The translations under genes were made by a program, and so were the position numbers. From a virus (lineage: Duplodnaviria; Caudoviricetes), in IMG/VR virus record IMGVR_UViG_3300029288_000080, positions 64,001-128,000 of that record: DNA of 64,000 bases; one strand, 5' to 3'. The notes beneath the pieces are model-generated. The model ran no database searches, had not been told where the DNA came from, and saw only the letters and a program-made list of their open reading frames with translations. Shown piece after piece: positions 1-9,092 of the stretch. How positions within the stretch are numbered: the stretch's first letter is position 1; each line of letters begins with the position of its first letter.

Positions 1-43
1 ACTCGGACATCCTGGCGACGACCAGCGGGGCGAAGTTTCGCTC

Positions 44-754
44 GTGGGCCCCAAGGTAGTCTCGACCTACGGGTCCAGTGACCTGGGCTACCAAATCAAG
101 GGTTCTTTCCGGGCTAAGTTTCCGGTTCAGGGTCCAGGGCCCTACTGGTTCGTGGCGAACATTTCTCCTGACGATACCCTGATGTTTCCGGTGATCACGA
201 CTGCTAATGATGGCAACCCCATCCGCGAGGCCCAGGTGAAACAGGTCAAAACTGCCGCCACGGATGTTCCGCACCTTTTTGCCGCGACGGTCAAGCCGCT
301 GGAAAATCTCTACCGCTTCTGGACCGCGGTGCTCAAAGAAGCGAAATCCCACGAGTCGGACTCCAGCACGTCGGTCTGTATTTCCAGCGAGCCCGGCGAG
401 TACTCGATGTTTTCGGCCGACTGGATGGAGCGGGGGCTTCAGCAGACCATCGAGATGTTCCACGGGCTCTTGACCTTGTGGAAAAGCAGCACCGCGGCCG
501 TCAAGGCCATGCCGGTAGCCTATGCGTACTACAACCAGCTCGCGGGGATCCGTGAAGCCGTGGTCGACTTGTCCGAGCATGCCCTGGACCACCAGGTGGG
601 CTTTTTCTGTATTGACCAGCGGGGTGTCCGGGCACTCTTGACCTTGATCACGCAGGCCCGCCGCGACGCCATGGACTTGGCCAAATATTTGCCGTTGAAA
701 ATGGCTCCTCGACGTAAGCAAGCTGCTGTTTCACCGTGGCGCAGGCTTTCCTGA
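44..754 (+). CDS. hypothetical protein (possibly 5'-truncated by the window edge)
   Basis: 236-aa ORF with phage-like codon usage; its stop overlaps the next ATG (TGATG). Confidence 0.6.
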   Translation: MGPKVVSTYGSSDLGYQIKGSFRAKFPVQGPGPYWFVANISPDDTLMFPVITTANDGNPIREAQVKQVKTAATDVPHLFAATVKPLENLYRFWTAVLKEAKSHESDSSTSVCISSEPGEYSMFSADWMERGLQQTIEMFHGLLTLWKSSTAAVKAMPVAYAYYNQLAGIREAVVDLSEHALDHQVGFFCIDQRGVRALLTLITQARRDAMDLAKYLPLKMAPRRKQAAVSPWRRLS

Positions 755-972
755 TGGACCATCCAGTAAATCCCAATGCGGAGTCCAACGCGGCCCTGAT
801 GCTGGCGGCGGTCCGACAAATCATGGCGAGGGTCACGACCGTTGAGGATCAAATATTGGTCCTTAGCACTGATTTAGAACAACATGGGGTAACCTGCGAG
901 CAGTTGCGGGTCGCGATTGAGATGTTGCGACAGGACGTCACGGCCTTGAAGGCGGCGATTCCGCGAGATTAG
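754..972 (+). CDS. small coiled-coil hypothetical protein
   Basis: ATG overlaps the upstream stop; heptad-like LAAVRQIMARVTTVEDQ...LRVAIEMLRQDVTALK. Confidence 0.55.
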   Translation: MDHPVNPNAESNAALMLAAVRQIMARVTTVEDQILVLSTDLEQHGVTCEQLRVAIEMLRQDVTALKAAIPRD

Positions 973-990
973 CACGTTACTTTATAGTGG
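973..990 (+). promoter_or_regulatory. putative phage late promoter motif
   Basis: CACGTTACTTTATAGTGG, 17/18 identical to the copies at 10358 and 44028; a second degenerate copy CACCTTAATCTTTAGTGG lies at 1054-1071. Confidence 0.65.
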
Positions 991-1087
991 TATGGAAATC
1001 CATGGTGATTTCCATGTGGAGCAATCATGGGCCTCTACCAGCAGTCCGCCAAGCACCTTAATCTTTAGTGGGTCTACTATTGTTATC

Positions 1088-2335
1088 ATGCTGATTAAAC
1101 GCGCGCACAAGGTGGAGCTGAGCCCAAACAAGGTGCAGGAACTGGCCCTGGCTAAGTCTGCCGGCGTTGCCCGTTTTGCGTACAACTATGGTCTTGAACT
1201 TCACGCACGGCACTACAAAGAAACCGGAAAACATCTTTCTGCTGTAAGTATGCATAAAATATTATGTGCAGAGAAAAAAGACAAGTTTCCATGGATGTAC
1301 GAGGTGTCAAAATGTGCTCCACAGGAAGCGTTCTACAATGTGGAGGCCGCGTTCATAAATTTTTTCAAAAAGCGAAGTGCACATCCTAAATTTAAGAAAA
1401 AGGGGCGTAGTAAAGATTCTTTCACTCTCGACAATTCTGTTTTCAACACAAAAAGTATTAGAGGCCGAGGCGTACACCTGCCTAAAATAGGCACTGTTCG
1501 GTGTAAAGAAATTCTTAGTATTGAAGGCAGGATTCTGTCCGCCACAGTATCTAAGGATGCAGACCGATGGTTTATCTCAGTTATGCAAGAAGTCGAGATT
1601 GATTTAAGAGAAGAAGACAAACCCAAAGGGAATCCCATTGGGATTGACCTTGGGATTAAAACGCTAGTCACGACGTCCGACGGTGAGGAAAAACAGGAAT
1701 TTGTTCTTCCGTATTATCTGGACACAGAAGAAAAGAAAATAAAGAGAGCACAGAAGAGGCTTTCAAAGAAGGCAAAGAAGTCTAAAAACTGGTTCAAGCA
1801 GGGCATCAGGGTAGCACGACTCTACCGTAAGCTGCGGAACAAGCGTACTGATTTTATTCATAAAACGACGACACAACTGGCAAAAACCAAGTCAGTCATC
1901 GTCATGGAAGACCTTAACGTTAAAGGAATGGTGAAGAATCATTGTTTGGCCAAATCTATTAGCAACGCAGCTTTTGGTGAAATAAAGCGCCAACTTGAGT
2001 ACAAAACTATTTGGTATGGGTCGGAGTTGATCATGGTGTCAAGGTGGTTCCCAAGCAGTAAAATGTGCTCAGCATGCGGCTTCATCAAGAAAGATTTGAG
2101 TTTGAGCGAAAGAACTTGGATCTGCCCTGATTGCCACACCGAGCATGAACGCGATTTTAATGCTGCGACTAATATCTTGGTTGAAGGGCTAAAAATCAAT
2201 ACCGTGAGCCACACGGGAATTAACGCTTGTGGAGATGGGAGTTCATTTGTTGACTCGTCAACAAATCAGCCTGTCGTTGAAACAAGAAGGGGCCAATCCT
2301 CTATTCTTCAAAACAATGGAGGAGTATCCTCATGA
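1088..2335 (+). CDS. tnpB: TnpB-family RNA-guided endonuclease (solo, no tnpA)
   Basis: N-term RAHKVEL..GVARFAYN; RuvC motifs IGIDLGIK, VMEDLNV, RDFNAATN; Zn finger CSACG..CPDC; AT-rich relative to flanks. Likely start is ATG 1088. Confidence 0.93.
   Translation: MLIKRAHKVELSPNKVQELALAKSAGVARFAYNYGLELHARHYKETGKHLSAVSMHKILCAEKKDKFPWMYEVSKCAPQEAFYNVEAAFINFFKKRSAHPKFKKKGRSKDSFTLDNSVFNTKSIRGRGVHLPKIGTVRCKEILSIEGRILSATVSKDADRWFISVMQEVEIDLREEDKPKGNPIGIDLGIKTLVTTSDGEEKQEFVLPYYLDTEEKKIKRAQKRLSKKAKKSKNWFKQGIRVARLYRKLRNKRTDFIHKTTTQLAKTKSVIVMEDLNVKGMVKNHCLAKSISNAAFGEIKRQLEYKTIWYGSELIMVSRWFPSSKMCSACGFIKKDLSLSERTWICPDCHTEHERDFNAATNILVEGLKINTVSHTGINACGDGSSFVDSSTNQPVVETRRGQSSILQNNGGVSS
2200..2315 (+). ncRNA. 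putative omega-RNA scaffold overlapping the tnpB 3' end
   Basis: ACCGTGAGCCACACGGGAATTAACGCTTGTGGAGATGGGAG..hairpin..GTCGTTGAAACAAGAA parallels the 3' end of the second tnpB; boundaries approximate. Confidence 0.6.
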
Positions 2336-2730
2336 GCGGCGATTGGACCCGAGTTTGGGGCGGTGGAAGTAGTTGCGGGGGATCCTGCGACCAATACATC
2401 TGCATCCCGCGGTCCGCTGTGTCCAATCCACCGGAATCCACCACGTCGATCCTGGACGGTCTCCCGACCAACATCACGACCATCGGGGCCGCCATGTCGG
2501 TCTGGATGGAGCGGTTGCGGCGTCGCCTTGACGCCAAGAGTTGTCTCGTGACCGTCACGACCCTCAACACCACGTATGTCGCGACACTGCCCGGCGCGAC
2601 CGTGACCATGACGATCTCTGGCGGATATTTTCCGCTGTCGGTTCAGTACACCCGGGCCCAGTCCACTGGGTCCGCAACCTTTGACAATTTTCCCGCCGCG
2701 CTCGACTGGTTGGTCGCGCGTTTGGCATGA
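2332..2730 (+). CDS. hypothetical protein
   Basis: GGAGGAG RBS; ATGA overlap with the tnpB stop. Confidence 0.65.
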   Translation: MSGDWTRVWGGGSSCGGSCDQYICIPRSAVSNPPESTTSILDGLPTNITTIGAAMSVWMERLRRRLDAKSCLVTVTTLNTTYVATLPGATVTMTISGGYFPLSVQYTRAQSTGSATFDNFPAALDWLVARLA

Positions 2731-2796
2731 CGACCGCGTCTCACCTTTCAACTATACCAACGCGGCGTTCACGATCACATCAGGAGGATTTTGACC

Positions 2797-4308
2797 ATGC
2801 GTAAAGTTCCAGTTGGTAAGAATGTCGCTCGCCGGCCTGTAGCGCCCCAGTCCACCGTGGCTGGCCGCCTCGCAGCTCTCCGGGCCCGTAGCCGTCGGGT
2901 CGCCGAGGGTTTCGAGAAGTTCACCGACGAGCCCGAGGTTGACCCCCGGGACGTGGAGTTCCTCGACGAGGAGCTTCCCGAGGGCGATATGGGTGATCTC
3001 GGTGACCTTGGCGATCTTGGTGACCTGGGCGACCTCGGGGATTTCGAGCCCTTGGATTCTGAGGAAGGCGGCGACGAGGGTGGCTGCGGTTGCCCGGTGG
3101 GCCAGCACTCCGAGTGCGTAGACGACGAGGCCGGTGAGGCTGACGAGAAGGATGACGACAAGGAGGAAAAGGACGACGACAAGGAAGACAAGAAGGAGAA
3201 AAAGGAAAAGGACGACGAGGACAAGGATGACGACAAGGAGGACGACGTGAAGGAAGACAAGAAGGAGAAGGACGCGTTGGTAGAGGAGCGGCTGGCCCGT
3301 TTCAAGGCGATCCAGAAGACCCGTCAGGCCGAGGCCTTCAAGGCTGCCCTGCCGGCCAAGAAGCCCGTTGCTGCCCCGGTCAAGACTGCGGAACCCGTTG
3401 TCCCCGTGGCTGCCCCCGCTCCGATCAAGACGGCCGAACCCGTTGTGGAGCCCGCAGCCGTGGTGGCACCTGCTGCCCCGGAGGCCGAGGAGTCCAAGAT
3501 TTCGTGGAGCCCCCTGGTCACCGAGTCCATCCTGGCGGACCTCAAGGATCCCGAGGTTGACCTGACCCTCAAGTCGGCTTCGTCCAACCCGTACTATGTG
3601 CTCTGGATCAACGAGAAGCCCGTGGGTGAGCTTCATGAGGCCGACCTGGACCTCGACGATGCCGGCAAGGACACGTTCCGGTCGGCCCAGTACGTCAGTG
3701 GCGTCCGGGGCGTGATCCAGCAGTTCGGTGCCGTGGAGGCTCTCCGGGACCTCAAGCTCCGGTACTACGCTGCCAGCACCCAGGAGAACGACGCGATCAA
3801 GCGGGCCAAGACCGAGATCGCCCAGGATGCCGATGCTGCGTTCCGCAAGCGTGTCGCCACCATGGTGAACGATATGTTCTCGACCATGAACCTGGCGTTC
3901 CAGGCGTCGCAGAAAAATTTCATTTTGCAAAACGCCCTCAAGGACGCGGTCGTCGAGAATTTCCGGTCCGCTGGGGTGCCCGAGGGTGTCGCGATCGACC
4001 TGATCGAGGACGCCTTCACGAAGGCGGGGCCCGAGTATTTCAAGGCGATGCTCAACAAGGCCCAGGAGTGGCTGGGCTACGAGCCCGAGGCACTTCGGCA
4101 GATCGAGGCCGAGGTTACCGCCATGCAGTACCGGCATCCCCGTGACCAGTTCGGTAGCCAGATCAACGACGAGATCCCTGCCGTGACGGTTCCCCGGGCC
4201 GCCAACGTGGCCCGGGTGGCCCAGACGGTTGTCGAGGATGACCTCGACACCATGATGGCGGCGGCCCGTCGAGTGGGTCGCGCCACCGTGAATCGTCCCC
4301 GCCAGTAA
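2797..4308 (+). CDS. putative prohead scaffold/core protein
   Basis: AGGAGG RBS; Arg-rich leader, (GDL)n repeat, D/E/K low-complexity tract, helical C-terminus; lies just upstream of the prohead protease. Confidence 0.55.
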   Translation: MRKVPVGKNVARRPVAPQSTVAGRLAALRARSRRVAEGFEKFTDEPEVDPRDVEFLDEELPEGDMGDLGDLGDLGDLGDLGDFEPLDSEEGGDEGGCGCPVGQHSECVDDEAGEADEKDDDKEEKDDDKEDKKEKKEKDDEDKDDDKEDDVKEDKKEKDALVEERLARFKAIQKTRQAEAFKAALPAKKPVAAPVKTAEPVVPVAAPAPIKTAEPVVEPAAVVAPAAPEAEESKISWSPLVTESILADLKDPEVDLTLKSASSNPYYVLWINEKPVGELHEADLDLDDAGKDTFRSAQYVSGVRGVIQQFGAVEALRDLKLRYYAASTQENDAIKRAKTEIAQDADAAFRKRVATMVNDMFSTMNLAFQASQKNFILQNALKDAVVENFRSAGVPEGVAIDLIEDAFTKAGPEYFKAMLNKAQEWLGYEPEALRQIEAEVTAMQYRHPRDQFGSQINDEIPAVTVPRAANVARVAQTVVEDDLDTMMAAARRVGRATVNRPRQ

Positions 4309-4315
4309 GTTCTTT

Positions 4316-4348
4316 GGGGCCGGCAGGTCAAATCTTGCGCCCCCTTTT
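4316..4348 (+). terminator. hairpin + T tract with apical AGGTCAAATCT
   Basis: GGGGCCGGCAGGT-CAA-ATCTTGCGCCCC then TTTT; same core as the hairpin at 6529-6560. Confidence 0.55.
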
Positions 4349-4383
4349 CAGTGCTGCGGAATGTTGTGAAAAAAGGTAAATCT

Positions 4384-4668
4384 ATGAACCGTGTCATTCG
4401 CCACCACGGCCACATTTACAAGAAAAGCACTACTCAGGTTCTAGCCGATGGTCAGCCGCGTGATTTACTGAGCATGGCAGGGGAACACATTTTGCTCGCT
4501 GTGGGCAGTTTAGAGAGGGTCATCAACGGTCAAGAAGACCCCCAGTTTTTCGTGGAAAGTGACTCGTCGGGCAAGACGCTGTTCAGCATGGCAGAGAGAC
4601 TAAAACAAATGCTCCGACTTATTGACAGGATTCACGACAGTATGGACAGCAAAGACTACTCAGATTAA
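4384..4668 (+). CDS. hypothetical protein with N-terminal VIRxxGxxYKK motif
   Basis: AAAGG RBS, ATG 4384. Confidence 0.6.
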   Translation: MNRVIRHHGHIYKKSTTQVLADGQPRDLLSMAGEHILLAVGSLERVINGQEDPQFFVESDSSGKTLFSMAERLKQMLRLIDRIHDSMDSKDYSD

Positions 4669-4709
4669 ACCATACTGAGTTTAGACCTCTTTCAGCATCA
4701 GGAACAGCC

Positions 4710-5486
4710 ATGTCAGCACCGTACAGAATCGTCCAGCAAGGCCCCGGGATCCACGTCGGCGACGTCATGTCGGCCACCCTGGTTGACGGCCGTCCCCTCA
4801 CGATCGAGGGGTACAGGCTTGAGCAGTACCAGCGGTCCGGCAAGACCATTGTGGCCGGTGAGGGACTTAATGCCTGTGCCTGCGGGGCCCTGGAGATTGA
4901 CTGGCTTCCTTTTGCCGCCGAGCAGTACCACTGCAGCCCCGATATCAAGGACTACGTCCTGGTAGAAGTGCCCACGGTAGTTGCCACTTTCCCTAACCGA
5001 AATGGCGATGCTTTCCCCTACGAGGAACTGACCGCGTGGCGCACCATGGCGGGACGCCCTGCGTACAAGACATTCATTGGAAAGCCGGTCCACCAGGACC
5101 ACGACAACCAGGACGACACCAAGGCCAAGGGGGTCATTTTTGACGCGACACTTCGGAAGCATCGTGGTCAGCCCCATGTCGTGATTTTGAAGGGCTTCGA
5201 CCGGTCCAAAGACCAGCGGCTTGCCGAAATGGTCCAGAAAAAAAACCGTGTTGGCCATTCCATGGGGACCCTGGTTGAGGAAACTGAATGTTCCATCCCG
5301 TCGTGTCGCTATCGCGGCGACGGGATCAAAACCTGCCAGTGCATCCGTCAGGGTGCCGGCAAGGGTGAAATCGTCAACGGACACCTTGTTTATGAATTGC
5401 TCCGTCGGTTCACCTTCATAGAGGACTCAAGCGTAGAGGACCAGGCTAATGTTTCAGCCGTGAGCGACCGCATCTGGAATCCATAG
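4710..5486 (+). CDS. prohead (capsid maturation) protease, HK97/herpes-like fold with Cys-rich insert
   Basis: PNRNGDAF, YKTFIGKPVHQDH (His), HSMG (Ser), CSIPSC..CQCI, FIEDSSV..A; position in the head module. Confidence 0.8.
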   Translation: MSAPYRIVQQGPGIHVGDVMSATLVDGRPLTIEGYRLEQYQRSGKTIVAGEGLNACACGALEIDWLPFAAEQYHCSPDIKDYVLVEVPTVVATFPNRNGDAFPYEELTAWRTMAGRPAYKTFIGKPVHQDHDNQDDTKAKGVIFDATLRKHRGQPHVVILKGFDRSKDQRLAEMVQKKNRVGHSMGTLVEETECSIPSCRYRGDGIKTCQCIRQGAGKGEIVNGHLVYELLRRFTFIEDSSVEDQANVSAVSDRIWNP

Positions 5487-5494
5487 AGGGCAAC

Positions 5495-6514
5495 ATGACC
5501 ATTTTCTATATCGACACCGTTGAGGCTCTGGACCGCTGGTTCGGCAAGATCAAGGGATACACCCGCGTGGAAGCCAACAACACCGGTTACTACCAAGAGG
5601 ACATGGAGCCGTCGTTCATCAATGGCGAAGAACTTGTCCAGGCGGTTCTGGACCAGATGCACCCCTATGTCATCCGGGCTTATTCTGAGCCGGAACTCAT
5701 GACTGTCGACGTGGATATGCGGACCCTGCTCTACGACTATATGGTGGGGACTGGTGCCCGCGACGGCGACTACACCGAGCAGGATCTTGAGGCCGAGATG
5801 GAAGACAACGCCCTCGGGATCCTCACGGGCGTAAAGCGCGAAATGGAAATCAGGGTAGACCCATACCAGTACGTTCATGAAGATTTTAATGCTGACCAAG
5901 GCGGCGAAGAAGCGCCTGCCCAGCGACATTCTCACGTAACCCATGGCTCCCAGGAGCCGCGAAAGGAATCTGTCATGACCCAGAGGAACCGTCCCGCACG
6001 CCGCCGTGCCAATGCTGATGTTGCTCGCGCGCAGGCCCGCACCGCCATGAAGCTCCGGATGGAGAACCAGCGGACAGCAGCCGTGAACCGTCTCCGCCGT
6101 CGTCTCGCTGCTGTCCGGGCCGCCAGGGCCGAGCGGGTTGCCGCTGCCCAGCCCGAGGCCCAGGAGACCCGTCGTCCCAGCCGTATCCTCAGGTCTGCTG
6201 CCGAGCGTTCCGTGGCCCGTCGGGACCACGAGGTCACGACCAAGAGCGTGGCCCGCGATGAGGTTCGTCGTCGCATCGCCGCGATCCGCCAGAAGGCCGC
6301 GGCGGCCCGGTTGGCCGCTGGCCAGCAAGATACTCAGCCCGAGGTCAAGCCGGCCGATCGTTTTGCTGCCCTTCGTGAGCGCCTGGCCCAGCGGCGTCGC
6401 ATTGCTGCGATCCGGACCGCCCTGGCCGAGCGTCGTGCTTCGGTAGAACATGACGCTGAAGTGGCCCCTCCGGTCATCCGGGTCAAGGGCGTCAGGTACG
6501 AGAGGATCGACTGA
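5495..6514 (+). CDS. bipartite protein: acidic N-half plus Arg/Ala-rich C-half (likely internal start at 5975)
   Basis: Sharp composition switch; AAGGA RBS before in-frame ATG 5975; RRxAAxR helical repeats. Confidence 0.7.
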   Translation: MTIFYIDTVEALDRWFGKIKGYTRVEANNTGYYQEDMEPSFINGEELVQAVLDQMHPYVIRAYSEPELMTVDVDMRTLLYDYMVGTGARDGDYTEQDLEAEMEDNALGILTGVKREMEIRVDPYQYVHEDFNADQGGEEAPAQRHSHVTHGSQEPRKESVMTQRNRPARRRANADVARAQARTAMKLRMENQRTAAVNRLRRRLAAVRAARAERVAAAQPEAQETRRPSRILRSAAERSVARRDHEVTTKSVARDEVRRRIAAIRQKAAAARLAAGQQDTQPEVKPADRFAALRERLAQRRRIAAIRTALAERRASVEHDAEVAPPVIRVKGVRYERID

Positions 6515-6528
6515 CCAATAGTTTCGTT

Positions 6529-6560
6529 GGTTCCGTGAGGTCAAATCTCGCGGAACCTTT
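6529..6560 (+). terminator. 13-bp hairpin + TTT with apical AGGTCAAATCT
   Basis: GGTTCCGTGAGGT-CAA-ATCTCGCGGAACC-TTT. Confidence 0.65.
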
Positions 6561-6587
6561 CGGCACCATGTGCCCCTCGAGAATAAA

Positions 6588-6857
6588 ATGAAAAATCCTC
6601 GTGTTAGGACCGCGGCAGAACAACGATTCGACCGTGACGCTATTTTCCAGTGGGTCGTGTCGGTCATGACGGCCGCGACCGACGAGTTGGAAAACATTTC
6701 TGTCGCGATCCAGGATATTGACACGAGCGAAAATCCTGCCGACGGCACCGAAATGCGGGCCGTCCTGCAGGAGCGAATCGGTCAGATCGAAACCACGGTG
6801 GACTGGTGCATCGCGAAGATTACGGCGCTGCGTCCGGCCAAGCCCCAGGCCCGCTAA
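6588..6857 (+). CDS. hypothetical (putative internal head) protein
   Basis: Leader MKNPRVRTA followed by an acidic helical body. Confidence 0.6.
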   Translation: MKNPRVRTAAEQRFDRDAIFQWVVSVMTAATDELENISVAIQDIDTSENPADGTEMRAVLQERIGQIETTVDWCIAKITALRPAKPQAR

Positions 6858-6871
6858 CCAAAGGAATCAAG

Positions 6872-7771
6872 ATGAACATCCAGGACAAGTCAGTCATCAA
6901 GGCATTTGCGAATCGTCAGGCCCGCAAGGTTGAGGGCACCAACTTGGTGTCGGCCAACGGCACCCTGCAGTACCGTGGGGTGGTTGTTGCCCGATGGAAT
7001 CGTGGTCGCGTGGAAACAGCACGGAACCGCGTGGAGCCCAGGGTGTTCAGCGTGATCCAGGGGTCACTCCGCAGCGCTACTGTCAAGACTGCCGACGATG
7101 CCGGTGTCGTGGCTCCTCCTGCTGCGGCACCCATGGGTCCTGCTGATGGAATGCCGGGGGCTGGCGCCGCCCCTGTGGCCCCCCGGGGTTCGGTGTCGCC
7201 TGGCCTCAAGGCCGCGATGGGCACGGCCCTGTCGGAAGTATTCGACGAGTTTGGTCCCGAGATCTACAACGGGATCGTCAAGGCCACGACCGCGGCGCTC
7301 AAGACCGCGTTCACGTCAGGGGTCCAGGAAATCCAGACGACCGTCCAGACGGAGTTTGGCGAGAAGGGCGTCGAGCAGGCCCAGCGGTATTTCCGTCGGT
7401 GGCTCCAGGAAATCACCTCGGACGTGTCGCAATACGGGGTCGCCGACATTATCCTGGCGGCCGAGCACACGGCCGCGACCCTCGCGGCCGACTTCCCCGA
7501 GGAGCAAGCCCCGGACGCCGGGGTTGCCGACCTGGCTGCCCAGGAACCCCAGGGTCAGGAGCCCGCCGAGGACTTGATGCCAGTCGAGGAGCTGCCTGAC
7601 CTGGAGGCTGTGGAGCCTGCCGCTGAACCTGCCGCGACCGAAACCCCCGCGGTCCCGGCTGCCCCGCCGGCTGGTGGTGCCCCTGGTCAGCCCGTTGACC
7701 TCCTGGCGCAACCTGTTGCTGCCCTTACGCCTCGTCAAATCGTTCTAAAGCCCCGCGTTACCCGGCGCTAA
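6872..7771 (+). CDS. hypothetical (putative internal head) protein
   Basis: AAGGA RBS; basic N-domain ending VKTA, then an acidic Pro/Ala-rich region. Confidence 0.75.
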   Translation: MNIQDKSVIKAFANRQARKVEGTNLVSANGTLQYRGVVVARWNRGRVETARNRVEPRVFSVIQGSLRSATVKTADDAGVVAPPAAAPMGPADGMPGAGAAPVAPRGSVSPGLKAAMGTALSEVFDEFGPEIYNGIVKATTAALKTAFTSGVQEIQTTVQTEFGEKGVEQAQRYFRRWLQEITSDVSQYGVADIILAAEHTAATLAADFPEEQAPDAGVADLAAQEPQGQEPAEDLMPVEELPDLEAVEPAAEPAATETPAVPAAPPAGGAPGQPVDLLAQPVAALTPRQIVLKPRVTRR

Positions 7772-7787
7772 AAAGGAAACCATCACC

Positions 7788-8624
7788 ATGGCAAACCAAA
7801 ATCGTCGCAATGCTTTCCGTCGTCTCGCCGATGCACCCCCCAGGTTCACCGAGCAGGATGAGTGCAGCCAGTTGGTTCATGACATCGAGGAAGCTGAAGC
7901 CCTTGGAATGGGCCAGGCGGCCAAGCAACTCCGGGATGAACTGGCCAGGATGTGCCCGGACAAGAAGGTGGCGACGAAGGTTGCCAGTATAGACGCACTG
8001 GCTTCTCTTACCCAGAATCTGCTAAGATTCTTGGACACGGATCCAGTTTTAGAGCAAGACTCAGATATTACGAAATATATGCAGCGGGCGTACAAAATGG
8101 GCCACTATGATGGTCAGCAAGTGGGCTATGATGAAGGGTACGCTGCGGCCAAGACATCTGTTTCTTATGCTGCCACCCGCAAGGCCGCAGTCGACCTGAC
8201 CGAACAGGAACTCGCTGTGCTCAATCGCGCGTTCACGGTGCTGCAGACCAAGGGGATCAGTCTGGACGAAGCGGTCCAGCAGTTCGAAGAAAGCAAGAAG
8301 GAAAAGAAGGCGTCGGTTCGCCGTCGTGCCGTTTCGACCAAGTTGACCGATTCCATCGACTGCGAGGACATCTTGGGTGGAACCATTACCCAGGATGGTG
8401 GTTTCTGCGCTGACCTGAACAAGAAGCCTGGCAAGGCTCAGTACATGGAAAAGGCCGCTGCACTTCGTCGCCGTCGTCTGTCCACCGGGATCGCCAAGAA
8501 GGAATCCGACCCGATCGAGTGCGATGACATCCTGGGGGGCGACGTCACGGAAGACAAGGGATTCTGCCAGGCTCTGAAGTCCAAGCCCAAGGTCAAGAAG
8601 TTTCAGATTGACCGAGCAGAGTAG
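7788..8624 (+). CDS. modular protein with two Cys-pair peptide repeats
   Basis: AAGGA RBS; segments separated by RRLA/KVA/RKA/RRRA; two DxIxCxDILGG..GFC units. Confidence 0.8.
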   Translation: MANQNRRNAFRRLADAPPRFTEQDECSQLVHDIEEAEALGMGQAAKQLRDELARMCPDKKVATKVASIDALASLTQNLLRFLDTDPVLEQDSDITKYMQRAYKMGHYDGQQVGYDEGYAAAKTSVSYAATRKAAVDLTEQELAVLNRAFTVLQTKGISLDEAVQQFEESKKEKKASVRRRAVSTKLTDSIDCEDILGGTITQDGGFCADLNKKPGKAQYMEKAAALRRRRLSTGIAKKESDPIECDDILGGDVTEDKGFCQALKSKPKVKKFQIDRAE

Positions 8625-8641
8625 CCAAAAGGAACACTCCA

Positions 8642-9088
8642 ATGCCGACCCCTCTGCTGAGCCCCATGGATAAATTTACGGTCGTGGCGATTCCAGATCA
8701 CATTGACCCTGACCACGCGGAAGTGTGGGAGCAAGAAAACTGGGTTGACCTAATTTGGACCGACGTGACCCTGGACCAGTACAGGATGATTTGTCGTGGA
8801 ATGCTGCCACAGGACGCGACCCATGAACAGCATTTCTTTTTTGCCGCTGACGTACCGGTCCAGGCGTTGATCCGGTGGGTAAAGGGCAAGATTGCCCAGC
8901 AGTCCAGGATGGCCGGGGTTCATCGTCGTGCTGTCTCCACCAAGTTGACCGATTCCATCGACTGTGAGGATATCCTGGGCGGCACCGTCAAGCAGGATGG
9001 TGGCTTCTGCGCCGACCTGAACAAGAAGCCACGTGCGCCCCAGTATATGGAGAAGGCGACGGCGCAACGCCGTCGCATGCCCCGTTAA
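8642..9088 (+). CDS. protein ending in a third copy of the Cys-pair peptide repeat
   Basis: AAGGA RBS; C-terminal RRAVSTKLTDSIDCEDILGG..GGFCADLNKKP. Confidence 0.8.
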   Translation: MPTPLLSPMDKFTVVAIPDHIDPDHAEVWEQENWVDLIWTDVTLDQYRMICRGMLPQDATHEQHFFFAADVPVQALIRWVKGKIAQQSRMAGVHRRAVSTKLTDSIDCEDILGGTVKQDGGFCADLNKKPRAPQYMEKATAQRRRMPR

Positions 9089-9092
9089 CCAG

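Noticed and set aside
992-1087. N-terminal extension of the first TnpB (similar extensions at 13459, 20297, 31898, 39596, 50342, 55570)
   Set aside because: These overlap promoter motifs, hairpins or upstream genes; downstream starts fit RBS or family N-termini better.
2985-3275. 9-bp tandem repeat and GAC/AAG-rich tract as DNA-level elements
   Set aside because: Third positions vary; explained by (GDL)n and D/E/K low-complexity protein sequence.
2752-4137. Long minus-strand ORFs (also 5390-6748, 11379-13328, 44731-45840, 46003-47259, 61435-62355)
   Set aside because: Antisense shadows of GC-rich, codon-biased plus-strand genes; no RBS or motifs.
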